Source of the DNA: an uncultured Bacilli bacterium
GTDB lineage: Bacteria; Bacillota_I; Bacilli_A; RFN20; CAG-826
NCBI GenBank assembly: GCA_905236715.1
Contig: CAJOMQ010000009.1
Coordinates: forward strand, 1,562 to 65,561
Direction: 5' to 3'
DNA: 64,000 nucleotides
The first letter of the stretch is position 1. Each line of letters begins with the position of its first letter. A program made the translations under genes and the position numbers. This document shows positions 9,270-19,539 of this stretch, piece by piece. The notes beneath the pieces were generated by a model. That model worked only from the letters and a program-made list of their open reading frames with translations, was not told where the DNA came from and did no database searches.

Positions 9270-11834
9270 TTAAATAGCCTCCGATAAATTACCAGTATTG
9301 CCGTAATAGGCTGGTTCTACTTCATCTTTGAAGCAGCCCTTCATCTGTATAACTTTGAATTTTGTAATATTCATATTGCCGTTATTATCGAATAAAGAAA
9401 TATAATCAGAATCCCCATATTTTGGATAAATTCTCGTGGTAATGGTAGCAATATCATTGATATAGATTTCTAATTGTGAACGGTCAACATAGATTTCCAC
9501 TTTGAAATTTCTTTCCCCAGTGGGTAAATGCCATGTATCACTCTTATCAACATATGTTAATAAAGTGGATTGACTTCTATTGACAAAGACTTCGTTATTA
9601 GCGAAGGTCACAGCGCTTCTTTCAGTTCCTAAAACATTGGTGGTTGGATTATAACGTACATAAATGCCAGAATCATAATCTCCGGAAGGTGATAAGGTAA
9701 ATTCGGCTTCAATTTTATACATATCACTACGGACATTTTTGATGTTATTAGCCATTTCGCTAGCGGAAAGACCACTACCACTATATTCGTAAAGAGTTTC
9801 TCCATATAATGTAGAAACCGCTTCAACAGGCTTTCTAATGACATCGTATAAATTATCTGCTAGATAGATTTCCACTGGCATGGCTAAATTATGAGCCCAT
9901 CCAGCGGTGATATTTTGATCGGTTCCCGCGGATTTTCCTTGCGCTAAAGAGATGATGACGGAATGTCCGTCTTCATAATTAGTGATACCCGCTTCTCTTT
10001 CTTCATCGGTGAGATAACAGAAACCAGTCTGGCCAGTATAAATACCTTTACCATGGTCAAATAAACGAGGTTTAGGGTCATCAGGGATGAAACGACAAGT
10101 TGTCTTATTGAAAGTACCAATCCAATAATAAGTATCAACAATGTAACCATCGACTGTATATTGTGGAGAATCGAGGAAAATATATTTTGTGACACTACCA
10201 TCTTCGGTGGAAATTGGTAACATCACACAGCATTCCCAGTGTTTTCCTTGTTCGGGATAATCATGATAACTGACTTCAAAAGTGAAACCTTTATATTCCC
10301 AGTTACGCATGTCGGTACTTCTAAACATATTGGTGGAACCACCATGAGATTGATCCCAGTCATCCGCGACGGAAGTAGAAACCATCATGTAATAATAAGG
10401 AGCATCATACCAAATAAAGGGGTCACGGAATTCTTCAATTTTGCCTTGTGACCAGTCGCTTGGCTGCACTAAGACATTGACATCTTCCACAGTCCAGTCG
10501 GTCAAATATGGGTCATCAGGGTCAACTGGATGCGCATAACAAACACTTTGGTGGGAAAAACGCGAAGATTCTTCGTAATCACCATAAGTTGTACCAGCGG
10601 TAATGGTTAACCAAGGTACACCATCGGGGCCGATGACAGAGCCACCAGTCCAAGCACCTTCGGGACAAGCATCTTTTTGTGGTGCCACCGCATCTTTGAC
10701 ATAAATCCAGTGAATCATATCTTTACTACAAATATGCGCCCAACGAATTTGTGACCAATAAGGTCCAATAGGATTATGTTGGTAAAAGACATGGAACATT
10801 CCCTTATAGTAAATTGGGGCGTGAGGTTCATTCATCCACACCGCGGGTGGGATGCCGTGATATTGAGGACGATATCTATCACCAGAATAAACACTGGTGT
10901 CTAATTGCACTTCAGAAAATGGTAATTCAGGGACATTGCCATCATCGGAATATTGGAAGAATAATTGTTTTAATTCTTTTGGATTCATCGAATCGTGATA
11001 AATTTCGACCTCATCCACTAGTCCCGCGGGTGATTGACGAGGAATACCGAATTCATAAATAGGGCTACTATAATAACCAAAATATAATGGCTCTGAGGAA
11101 GGAATAATTTCCGTATTCATCAAATCAGGAATTAATGCTTCATAAGAGACTTTGCCATTAAAAGTTAAGCAAATATAGCCTGTTTCACCATCAAATGTCG
11201 CGGCGATATGGCTCCATTCATACAATGGTAAAGCATTGATAGGATCATAATAGCCAACGAAAATATTTTCATCAGTTTCGACATTATGCAAATTCATTTG
11301 TAATCCCCATAAGCCCAAACGACCATAGCCAAATAAGAAGCCTTCTTCATCTTCCATATGACCCCAGTTGAATAAAGATGTCATACGTGGATGACCACGA
11401 GCCACTGTTTCATTACCATAGCGGTTGAGATTTTCAAACCCACGTGGGGCAACCCATGTGGAAAAAGTAATTTTATTTGATGGGGCTTCAATGTAATTTT
11501 CGGCAAATTCATCACCATATCCCTTGATTCTGATATGAGTGGAGAAACCATCCATATATAAAGATTTATTGCTAACACCTTGTTTTAAAAGCGGATCATT
11601 TGGTTTTTTAAATAGATTTTCGGCGTTTTCTTGGGCAAAAACATAATCGATTCGATAATCTTTGTTATTACCACTATTTTTGGTATAACTGCCATTTAAT
11701 TCATCAAAGGAAAAAGATATGACTGGTTTATGAGAAGTCGGGTTATTTCCTTTTTTATTTTCATTATTATTCGCGCATCCACCAAATGATAAAGCGCTAA
11801 TAAATAATAATGGTATGATATTTCTCTTTTTCAT
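9270..11834 (-). CDS. Lipoprotein GH32 with N-terminal LamG domain (endo-inulinase / cycloinulo-oligosaccharide fructanotransferase-like)
   Basis: FGGC lipobox; LamG motif WSHIAATFDG...GLVDEVEIY; WMNEPHA, FRDP and WECC catalytic motifs. Confidence 0.85.
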   Translation of the reverse strand: MKKRNIIPLLFISALSFGGCANNNENKKGNNPTSHKPVISFSFDELNGSYTKNSGNNKDYRIDYVFAQENAENLFKKPNDPLLKQGVSNKSLYMDGFSTHIRIKGYGDEFAENYIEAPSNKITFSTWVAPRGFENLNRYGNETVARGHPRMTSLFNWGHMEDEEGFLFGYGRLGLWGLQMNLHNVETDENIFVGYYDPINALPLYEWSHIAATFDGETGYICLTFNGKVSYEALIPDLMNTEIIPSSEPLYFGYYSSPIYEFGIPRQSPAGLVDEVEIYHDSMNPKELKQLFFQYSDDGNVPELPFSEVQLDTSVYSGDRYRPQYHGIPPAVWMNEPHAPIYYKGMFHVFYQHNPIGPYWSQIRWAHICSKDMIHWIYVKDAVAPQKDACPEGAWTGGSVIGPDGVPWLTITAGTTYGDYEESSRFSHQSVCYAHPVDPDDPYLTDWTVEDVNVLVQPSDWSQGKIEEFRDPFIWYDAPYYYMMVSTSVADDWDQSHGGSTNMFRSTDMRNWEYKGFTFEVSYHDYPEQGKHWECCVMLPISTEDGSVTKYIFLDSPQYTVDGYIVDTYYWIGTFNKTTCRFIPDDPKPRLFDHGKGIYTGQTGFCYLTDEEREAGITNYEDGHSVIISLAQGKSAGTDQNITAGWAHNLAMPVEIYLADNLYDVIRKPVEAVSTLYGETLYEYSGSGLSASEMANNIKNVRSDMYKIEAEFTLSPSGDYDSGIYVRYNPTTNVLGTERSAVTFANNEVFVNRSQSTLLTYVDKSDTWHLPTGERNFKVEIYVDRSQLEIYINDIATITTRIYPKYGDSDYISLFDNNGNMNITKFKVIQMKGCFKDEVEPAYYGNTGNLSEAI

Positions 11835-11849
11835 AAATTATCTTTCTCC

Positions 11850-12764
11850 TTACATCTTTAATCCTGCGGTGCCAAAACCTTTGACAATATATTTTTGGGC
11901 GGCGACATATAATATAAAAATCGGTAACGAAGTAACTACTAATGAGGCCATAATTTCCCCCGTTGTAATTGATTCGATTGATTGTAATGATGTTAAAGCG
12001 GCTTGAATCGGTAATAATGGCCATGATTCATCACCATAATTTGGTAAGACCATCTGTGGCCAAATATAGTCATTCCAGACACCGATGAAAGTGAACACTG
12101 CGGTGGTTGCCACAATGGGTTTACTCATAGGGAGAATTAAGTCAAAGAAGACTCTTGTCCGACTCGCACCATCGATGTGCATAGCTTCTTCATATTCTTT
12201 CGGAATAGAAGAGAAAAATTGTGTATATAAGAAAATGTTGAAGACGGAAATAATGCTCGGTAAGATGACCGCTAAAACGGAAAGGCCACCTTTTAGTCCT
12301 AACATTTGTTTCACAATGGAATATAAAGGAATAATACTCGTTTCTACCGGAACAACAATCAAGAATAAGATAATGAAACTGAAGAACCCTTTGCCAGGAA
12401 AATGGAATTTCGCTAAAACATAGCCCGCTAAACCATTCACAATGACATTGAAAACGATAACAATTAAGGCATAAATTAAGCTATTCAAGGCATATTTCCA
12501 TATATCATATTCGCCAAAGACAATTTTATAATTGTCAAAGAAATGACCGAGATTTTGAAAATCTGGTAAAAACATCATCATTGTGCCATTAGAAAAGGCA
12601 ATCGCTTCTTCCCCTTTGGTGGAGGCGGAAATCATATATAAAAGAGGCATGATAAATAACAAAGAAAGAACGGTTCCGACGGTGTAATAAATCACCGAAT
12701 AGATGATTTTCTTCTTTGATTTCTTCGCGGGGACAAAATTAGGATCGTTATAATAGGTTTTCAT
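11850..12764 (-). CDS. Carbohydrate ABC transporter permease (MalG-like)
   Basis: EEAMHIDGAS EAA loop; six TM segments. Confidence 0.92.
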   Translation of the reverse strand: MKTYYNDPNFVPAKKSKKKIIYSVIYYTVGTVLSLLFIMPLLYMISASTKGEEAIAFSNGTMMMFLPDFQNLGHFFDNYKIVFGEYDIWKYALNSLIYALIVIVFNVIVNGLAGYVLAKFHFPGKGFFSFIILFLIVVPVETSIIPLYSIVKQMLGLKGGLSVLAVILPSIISVFNIFLYTQFFSSIPKEYEEAMHIDGASRTRVFFDLILPMSKPIVATTAVFTFIGVWNDYIWPQMVLPNYGDESWPLLPIQAALTSLQSIESITTGEIMASLVVTSLPIFILYVAAQKYIVKGFGTAGLKM

Positions 12765-13741
12765 CTTTTCTTTTCCCCTAATAATTTCCTCTGTAAGAAG
12801 GTAATACTACCGATGACAATCGTCATAATTAAGGCTACCGCACAAGAATAGCCAACATGACGATAAGTGAAACCTTGTTGATACATGTAGTAACTAATGG
12901 TCATACTTCTATCTTGATAACCCGTTAATAACATCGGTTGAATCATCACTCGACAGGCGCCGATAAAAACCGTAATCAAAATATATAACATCGTTGGTTT
13001 TAATCCTGGTAATGTGATGGTAAAGAAACGATGGAAGACATTGGCTCCATCAATCGCGGCTGCTTCATATAAGTCTTTACGGATATTGCCTAAAGCGGAA
13101 AGGAAGATGAGCATTTGATAACCGCATCCTTGCCAAGCAGAAATGATAACCATCCAAAGTAAGACCGTATCTTTATTACCTAAGAAATCATGATCATTAC
13201 CAAGGCCGAGATTACCGAAAATGGTATTCATAATGCCATTGGGGTTAGGCGATAAAATGATTAACCATAAGAAAGCAGTAACGCTTAAAGAAATGGCAAC
13301 GGGGGCAAAGAAACACACTTTAAAGATGGTTGTTCCTCTTCTTTTGTTGTTACAAAATAGGGCTAATAAAAGCGCCATAATGATTTGAATAGGCACCACT
13401 AAGACGACAAATATCGCGGTATTTCTTAATGATAAATAAAATTCACCATGATTTTTGAAATCGACAAATAAAGCGTGGAAATTATCAAAACCAACAAAGC
13501 TAATTTCATCTGGTTTTAATAAATCAAAATCAGTAAAGGCATAGCCTAAAGAATAGAAAATGGGGAGAATGACAAAGAAGAATGCCAAAATAATGGAAGG
13601 AACCAATAAGCCAAAGGCGGTTAAGACTTCTTTCCAATGATATTTTTGTCCTTTTTTCTTCGCATTTAACATATCTATGATGACCACAGCCGCTAAACCA
13701 AGAAGAAGAACACCAAGCACAATTAAGGCAATTAAAACCAT
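12761..13741 (-). CDS. Carbohydrate ABC transporter permease (MalF-like)
   Basis: LYEAAAIDGA EAA loop; ATGA overlap with the next gene. Confidence 0.92.
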   Translation of the reverse strand: MVLIALIVLGVLLLGLAAVVIIDMLNAKKKGQKYHWKEVLTAFGLLVPSIILAFFFVILPIFYSLGYAFTDFDLLKPDEISFVGFDNFHALFVDFKNHGEFYLSLRNTAIFVVLVVPIQIIMALLLALFCNNKRRGTTIFKVCFFAPVAISLSVTAFLWLIILSPNPNGIMNTIFGNLGLGNDHDFLGNKDTVLLWMVIISAWQGCGYQMLIFLSALGNIRKDLYEAAAIDGANVFHRFFTITLPGLKPTMLYILITVFIGACRVMIQPMLLTGYQDRSMTISYYMYQQGFTYRHVGYSCAVALIMTIVIGSITFLQRKLLGEKKR

Positions 13742-13759
13742 ATTTCTCCCTTGTTAAAT

Positions 13760-15031
13760 TTATTTCAATTTGTTGAGTTCAGATTGTAATGTTGATGCTT
13801 TATTATCGACGATGGTATTGACATCACTATCTCTTAAACTATCAATGACACCACGGAAGGCGACAGAAAATTGTGGATAACCAACGGTTTCCGGACGGGC
13901 TCTGCTGGTTTTTTGTAATTGCTGATATAAAACGTCTTCTGGTGAACCAGGTACATAAGAATTTTCCACATCTTTATTAGCGGGAATCATACCAGTCGCA
14001 TCAGTAATGGTTTTACTTCCGTTAGCGTTAGTTAAATATTTGAGTAATTTAACAACACCTTTTTTATCTTTTCTGGCGTTATCAGTAACAGCATAGCTCC
14101 AAGAGCCATTGGCACTAGCGCTCGTGACATCTTTTGGATAAGGTAATAGACCCCAAGAATTTCTATCAGGGAAGGTGGTTTGATATTTGTTATCTAAATC
14201 AGGGATGGTCCATCCACTAGATAAATACATACCAACTTCACCAGTGAAGAATTGAGTGGCGCCAATACCATAATTTGTGTATCCACTTGTCACTAAATCC
14301 TTTAAGAATTGGAAGCCTCTTTTACTGCCTTCGCTATTGAAATAGCCTTCAGCAATTAAACCTGTTTCATCAACAAAGGAACCACCAGAAGCATAAATAA
14401 ATGGATAGAGCAAATAAGTGGCGGTTTCATCTTTCGTGGCATCCATACGCATATCAACAGGGGTGACACCTTTGGCTTGTAATTTGGCACACGCCGCTTT
14501 AAATTCCGCATATGTCCATGGGTTATCAACAGTAATGTCAGAAACATCTATACCAGCAGCGGCAAAGAGATTTTTATTGTAATAAAAACCCGCACTACTT
14601 TCTTGAATAGGGATACCATATGTTTTCCCTTTATAATTATTTAAAGTGATATATTTAGCTTTTTCTTCAGCGGTTAAATAAGAAGAAATATCATACAAAT
14701 ATTTAGCGTCAACATAAGCCGCACAGTTAGGAGCGTCAAAGGTGATGATGTCTGGTAAAGTGCCTTCTAATTTATCGGTGCTGAGTTGTTTTTCATAGTT
14801 GCTATCACCCGCACTTCTAGCGACGAATGCCGCGGTCACCTTTAAACCTTCAGAAGCATATTCTTTATTAAAAGCGTCAATAAGCTTTTTATAAGCAATT
14901 CCTTCGGAAGATTTGGCGTCAACGTGGAAACGAATTTTTAATTTGCTGTTATCGGAATAATCTCCGGAAGATTGTTGACAACCAGTCAATAATAATGAAA
15001 TGAATAATAAGGGTAAAATGTACTTTTTCAT
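13760..15031 (-). CDS. Sugar ABC transporter substrate-binding lipoprotein
   Basis: LTGC lipobox; PDI...YGIP...YYNKNLF motifs of family 1 SBPs. Confidence 0.92.
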   Translation of the reverse strand: MKKYILPLLFISLLLTGCQQSSGDYSDNSKLKIRFHVDAKSSEGIAYKKLIDAFNKEYASEGLKVTAAFVARSAGDSNYEKQLSTDKLEGTLPDIITFDAPNCAAYVDAKYLYDISSYLTAEEKAKYITLNNYKGKTYGIPIQESSAGFYYNKNLFAAAGIDVSDITVDNPWTYAEFKAACAKLQAKGVTPVDMRMDATKDETATYLLYPFIYASGGSFVDETGLIAEGYFNSEGSKRGFQFLKDLVTSGYTNYGIGATQFFTGEVGMYLSSGWTIPDLDNKYQTTFPDRNSWGLLPYPKDVTSASANGSWSYAVTDNARKDKKGVVKLLKYLTNANGSKTITDATGMIPANKDVENSYVPGSPEDVLYQQLQKTSRARPETVGYPQFSVAFRGVIDSLRDSDVNTIVDNKASTLQSELNKLK

Positions 15032-15040
15032 AAAAGCCTC

Positions 15041-16015
15041 CTATTTGGTGGTATCACCTTTGACAAAACGACAATCGAGAATATTTACTTTCTCGTAATC
15101 GTTTTTGTTTTCCATAATTTTGATTAGTAGTTCAACACATTTTTCCGCCATCTCCTTGATGGGTTGTTCTAATGTGGTGATGTTTTCTAATTTGCTAATG
15201 GAGAAATCTCCATCGTAAGAAACAATTTGTAATTCTTCGGGTACTTTAATATGTAGTGCTTTTAAACGGTTGAATAATGTATTAGCGAGAATGCACCCGG
15301 AGACAAATATGCCATCAATATGGTCACGATTGGCCAATAATTCATCGACGAGCACTTTCTCTTGCCCGTGTTCAACATCTTTATTGATGACAAAACTTTC
15401 TAAGCCATTTTCTTCCATCACTTCACGATAGGCTTTTTCTCTTAATGTCACTTCACTAGACTGAGTGGCACGGGTACCTAAGAAAGCAATTTTATGACAC
15501 CCCTTTTCAATGAGATAGCGAACACCTTGCTTTGTTGCCTCGTAATTATTTGAAGAAACAATTGGTATATCATTACCTAAATGTCTATCAATCGTGACAA
15601 TAGCGAGATTTTTAAAATCATTCTCTTGATGTTCATAGTGGGTGACAAAGATAGCACCATCCGCTTGTTTTTGCGCTAAACGATGCAATATTTCTTGTTC
15701 TTTTTCAATACGATGTTGACTAGAGGCCACTAAGAGGGAATATCCTTTTTGATCCGCGGCTAATTCAATTTCTTCCACTAATTTAGCGAAGAATGGATGA
15801 TTAATAACGGGCACCACTACCGCAATAACATTACTACGGGATTGCGATAATCGTTTACCGGCGACATTAGGAACATAATGAAGTTCCTCAATGGCTTTCA
15901 TGACTTTTTGCCGAGTTGATTCACTAATTTGGGGAGAATCATTTAAGACACGGGAAACCGTGCCGATGCCGACTCCACTACGAGCGGCTACTTCTTTAAT
16001 GGTGGGTGATCTCAT
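15041..16015 (-). CDS. LacI-family transcriptional regulator
   Basis: TIKEVAARSGVGIGTVSRVLN HTH, YVPN hinge, periplasmic-binding-fold C-terminus. Confidence 0.95.
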   Translation of the reverse strand: MRSPTIKEVAARSGVGIGTVSRVLNDSPQISESTRQKVMKAIEELHYVPNVAGKRLSQSRSNVIAVVVPVINHPFFAKLVEEIELAADQKGYSLLVASSQHRIEKEQEILHRLAQKQADGAIFVTHYEHQENDFKNLAIVTIDRHLGNDIPIVSSNNYEATKQGVRYLIEKGCHKIAFLGTRATQSSEVTLREKAYREVMEENGLESFVINKDVEHGQEKVLVDELLANRDHIDGIFVSGCILANTLFNRLKALHIKVPEELQIVSYDGDFSISKLENITTLEQPIKEMAEKCVELLIKIMENKNDYEKVNILDCRFVKGDTTK

Positions 16016-19000
16016 AAAGATTTACCTCCTTTTTTCTTCTTAAAAATAAAGATAATGGCAATAGCAGCGCCGCCTAAAAGAAGGACACCACCACCGATAC
16101 TTAATCCTAAAATAAGTGGTAAGTAATTCGTTTTATCTTTAATTTTGACTGATTCTTGATAACTATTGACGGTAACGGTAAATGAAACAGTATCATTAAC
16201 CACAACTTCGTTTTCACCTTCATTAAAGCAAGAAGCATCAATAGTTAAGGTATAATCAGAAACATGATATTTATCTTCTTCAATAATTTGATCATTAACC
16301 TTTACGGAATTAATGGGGTTATTACCGATATAAACATTAACATTAACTCCAACTTCCACTTCTAAATCATCAATGACGAAGGTATGTGATGCATTGACAT
16401 TAACCTTAATGGTAAAGGAAGAATATTCACCGACGATGCGGAAATTATATTCACCATTTTCTAATAAAGCGAAATAAGAATCACGGATATATAAATAACC
16501 AGCGGATTGATAATAGAAACCTTGTTGTAATTTTAAATTACCTTTGGTAACGTTATACACTTCTTTCACATATTGATTAATTTGTAATGCGACTGGTAAA
16601 TCACCGGAAACGTAATCATAATTTTCTCTTAAAATGGATAATGATTTGAAATTGACTTTCGCGGAGAAGACATTAAAGCCAAAGCGACCTGTTAGAGGTT
16701 CATTATCCGCGAGAGTGTATTGAATAGCGTTAATGCCGTTCGCGGTAATGTTGATATCTTTACCGTTAGCTTTAATAGTTAAAACAATATTTTCTAAAGG
16801 TAAATTAATATTTTCACTTCTCGCTAATTCACCATGGGTTGACCATAATTTGACAACACCTTCACCCGCATCATAATTAGCGACGAGATAAGAAGTCATC
16901 TCATCATCAGCGCGGAACACTAAGGCACCCGCGGTGCCACTAACGATATCAAATTTGCCAGATAAGGTAAAATCACTACCACTTTCTTCGGCTAATAAGA
17001 AGCCGTTGCCACTACTCTTTTCACCTGTTAAGATTGCATCGTTAACGAGCCAATCACCAGCAAAAATGCCATCACTATTAAACGTGAAATCAGAGATGAA
17101 ACGAGCGGTATTTACCACGACATTAATGGTTTTTTCTTGTTGACCAGCCTTAACCTTGAAAGAAGCTTCTCCCATTTTTAAAGCCACGAGATTAATACCG
17201 TAATTACTGGCGGAGAAAGAAACGACATCATCGTTTTCGATTTCTTCCCAAATTAAATCACCAGTGCCGGAATACCAAGTAGTAACAAATTTGGCTTTGC
17301 TTAATTGTGTATCTAAAGCCACATCTTCACTAGCTACATATAATAAGCCTTCATCTTCGGCAATATTTTGACGATAAATAGAGGCCACTTCATTAATTGT
17401 TAATGATTCAATAAGAGCGTCTTCTGCTTCTAGAGAAGCACCGATAGAATACATAGATGCTGTGGTGACAAAATAGAAACCGATAGAGAAATCTTCGCAA
17501 AAGACTTCTAAACCACCATTATCACTGAGAACATAGAACGTTTTAACATCACTATCACCGAGGATTTTAGAGGCATATTTGGTGTGCCAGTCAACATTGG
17601 TGTTGATGCCTTTATCATCAAGATTAGTTCTATCAACATAATAACCATCGGTTTCATTCCAACCGAATTCCATATATTCATCAGAACCGACATCCGCTTT
17701 GAAAGTGATTGGTTTATTATTATTTGTTTTAATAGAGGCATCCATTTCAAAAACATGAGTGTGAACGTCTTCTAGTGGATTGTCACTTTCAGAATTGATG
17801 GTCTCATTAGTGATATTAATAACATTATTTTTGATGAAATTATCATTATTAACAGTAATTGGTTTTTGGGTTAAACGATACCCTTCGGAAGTTGTTTTCA
17901 CACCATATTCAACGGGGATAGTAAAGCCACCATTCCATCTTTTTCTTAAATTAGCGTACTCACCTGGCCCGGTGCAGAAAGAAGCGTTTAAATCACCAGA
18001 AAACCAGTTAATAACGATATCTTTGCCATTAAATTCACTATTTATGTCATTGATATAGAAACTTTGAGAAGCATAACTATCAGGTCCATAATCTAATGGT
18101 TTTAAGGGCATTTGATCTAAAGAATAAGTGGAAATATCAATGCCATTTTCATCTAAAAACTCCACTTTATTAGTGCTGTAATTATATGACATAGTACCTA
18201 ATAAATAAGTACGAGATTTATTGGTTAAATAAGCGTGTTCAACACCATTTTCATCTTCTAAAACACCTACACCTATACATTCTGGTGTGGGGAAGGCAAA
18301 TTCTCCCGCGATAGACCATTCTAAAAGGTTGGTGGATTTTAAAAACCATCCTTTATTTAAGCCATAACTACTAAGAGTCATGCCCCATAATAAAACGGTG
18401 TTTCCTTCTTTTCTTAAGGGGAAAATTTTCGGATCACGCCAATCAATTTTTTCCGTATGACCAGTAATATATTGGGAAATGAGTTGACGTTTAGTCCAAG
18501 TCATACCACCATCATCGCTAGTCATAATCACTTGATCTTGTGCCATTTCACCGTCTCTGGTATAAACAGCGAGGATGCCACTTCCACCATTATTGGGGAA
18601 CCAATTTAACATATCAATGTCATGGCTCATGCCGTTTTTATAATCAATCGCACAACCAGACCACATATAACCCCAGCCTAAACCAAACCCAGCGTCACGA
18701 GCTTCAGGGAATAGACAAATGGGTAAAAATTCAAAATGAATTAAATCTTTACTACGGGCATGCCCCCAGTACATTGAACCCCATTGGAGACCAAATGGGT
18801 GTGTTTGATAATAGACATGATAATAACCATTATGGTAAACCAAAGCGTTAGGGTCATTGGACCATTTGGCAAAAGGTTGTAAATGATATTGATTACGATA
18901 TGGTTCAGAGAAATAGGAGTAATCCGATTTTCCGATTTCCATATTATTTAAATAAACATCACTATTGAAGCAATTAAGACCTAAATAGCCACCTTGATAA

Positions 19001-19539
19001 GTACCTTTTAAATCAATTGTGGTATCAATGCCAAATCTTTTAATACCTTCAATGAAGAATTCCGCATAAGCGTGACCTTCTTCCACGGTCATAATGACTT
19101 TTAAATTGACGTTTTCAATATTTCTTACTTCATTAGAGACAAATTCTCTTTCAGGATCATTCATTTTATCGTTACCAATAAAATAATCGGAATATAATTC
19201 ACTGACGTTATATCCACCCGCTCCATTAGTAGCAAAATATAATAATTTAACATGGTTTTCATAACGGTCCATGTTGATGACATAATAATGGTCGTTTTCT
19301 TCCGCGCCAAAAGCTAAACCACCAGCTTGGCCAGAACGGAAATGTAAATCACCGGTATATACGAAGCTTTCATCCGCCCCATAATAATGGGAAGAAAGGA
19401 CAAAAGCATCTCCACCACTAGAAAGAGATAATTCTTCCGCTTTAACTTGTTGGAATTCTTGTTGATTGCTATTGGTAGCAAAAGATAATCCACCGATAGC
19501 TAAAACAGAAATTAAGAAAGGAAATAATTTATTCTTCAT
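16012..19539 (-). CDS. Secreted, membrane-anchored multidomain GH32 (levanase/exo-fructanase-like)
   Basis: Signal peptide; WSNDPN, WRDPK and PEC motifs; flanking lectin-like (CBM66-like) and Ig-like domains; C-terminal TM plus KKKK. Confidence 0.88.
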   Translation of the reverse strand: MKNKLFPFLISVLAIGGLSFATNSNQQEFQQVKAEELSLSSGGDAFVLSSHYYGADESFVYTGDLHFRSGQAGGLAFGAEENDHYYVINMDRYENHVKLLYFATNGAGGYNVSELYSDYFIGNDKMNDPEREFVSNEVRNIENVNLKVIMTVEEGHAYAEFFIEGIKRFGIDTTIDLKGTYQGGYLGLNCFNSDVYLNNMEIGKSDYSYFSEPYRNQYHLQPFAKWSNDPNALVYHNGYYHVYYQTHPFGLQWGSMYWGHARSKDLIHFEFLPICLFPEARDAGFGLGWGYMWSGCAIDYKNGMSHDIDMLNWFPNNGGSGILAVYTRDGEMAQDQVIMTSDDGGMTWTKRQLISQYITGHTEKIDWRDPKIFPLRKEGNTVLLWGMTLSSYGLNKGWFLKSTNLLEWSIAGEFAFPTPECIGVGVLEDENGVEHAYLTNKSRTYLLGTMSYNYSTNKVEFLDENGIDISTYSLDQMPLKPLDYGPDSYASQSFYINDINSEFNGKDIVINWFSGDLNASFCTGPGEYANLRKRWNGGFTIPVEYGVKTTSEGYRLTQKPITVNNDNFIKNNVINITNETINSESDNPLEDVHTHVFEMDASIKTNNNKPITFKADVGSDEYMEFGWNETDGYYVDRTNLDDKGINTNVDWHTKYASKILGDSDVKTFYVLSDNGGLEVFCEDFSIGFYFVTTASMYSIGASLEAEDALIESLTINEVASIYRQNIAEDEGLLYVASEDVALDTQLSKAKFVTTWYSGTGDLIWEEIENDDVVSFSASNYGINLVALKMGEASFKVKAGQQEKTINVVVNTARFISDFTFNSDGIFAGDWLVNDAILTGEKSSGNGFLLAEESGSDFTLSGKFDIVSGTAGALVFRADDEMTSYLVANYDAGEGVVKLWSTHGELARSENINLPLENIVLTIKANGKDINITANGINAIQYTLADNEPLTGRFGFNVFSAKVNFKSLSILRENYDYVSGDLPVALQINQYVKEVYNVTKGNLKLQQGFYYQSAGYLYIRDSYFALLENGEYNFRIVGEYSSFTIKVNVNASHTFVIDDLEVEVGVNVNVYIGNNPINSVKVNDQIIEEDKYHVSDYTLTIDASCFNEGENEVVVNDTVSFTVTVNSYQESVKIKDKTNYLPLILGLSIGGGVLLLGGAAIAIIFIFKKKKGGKSL

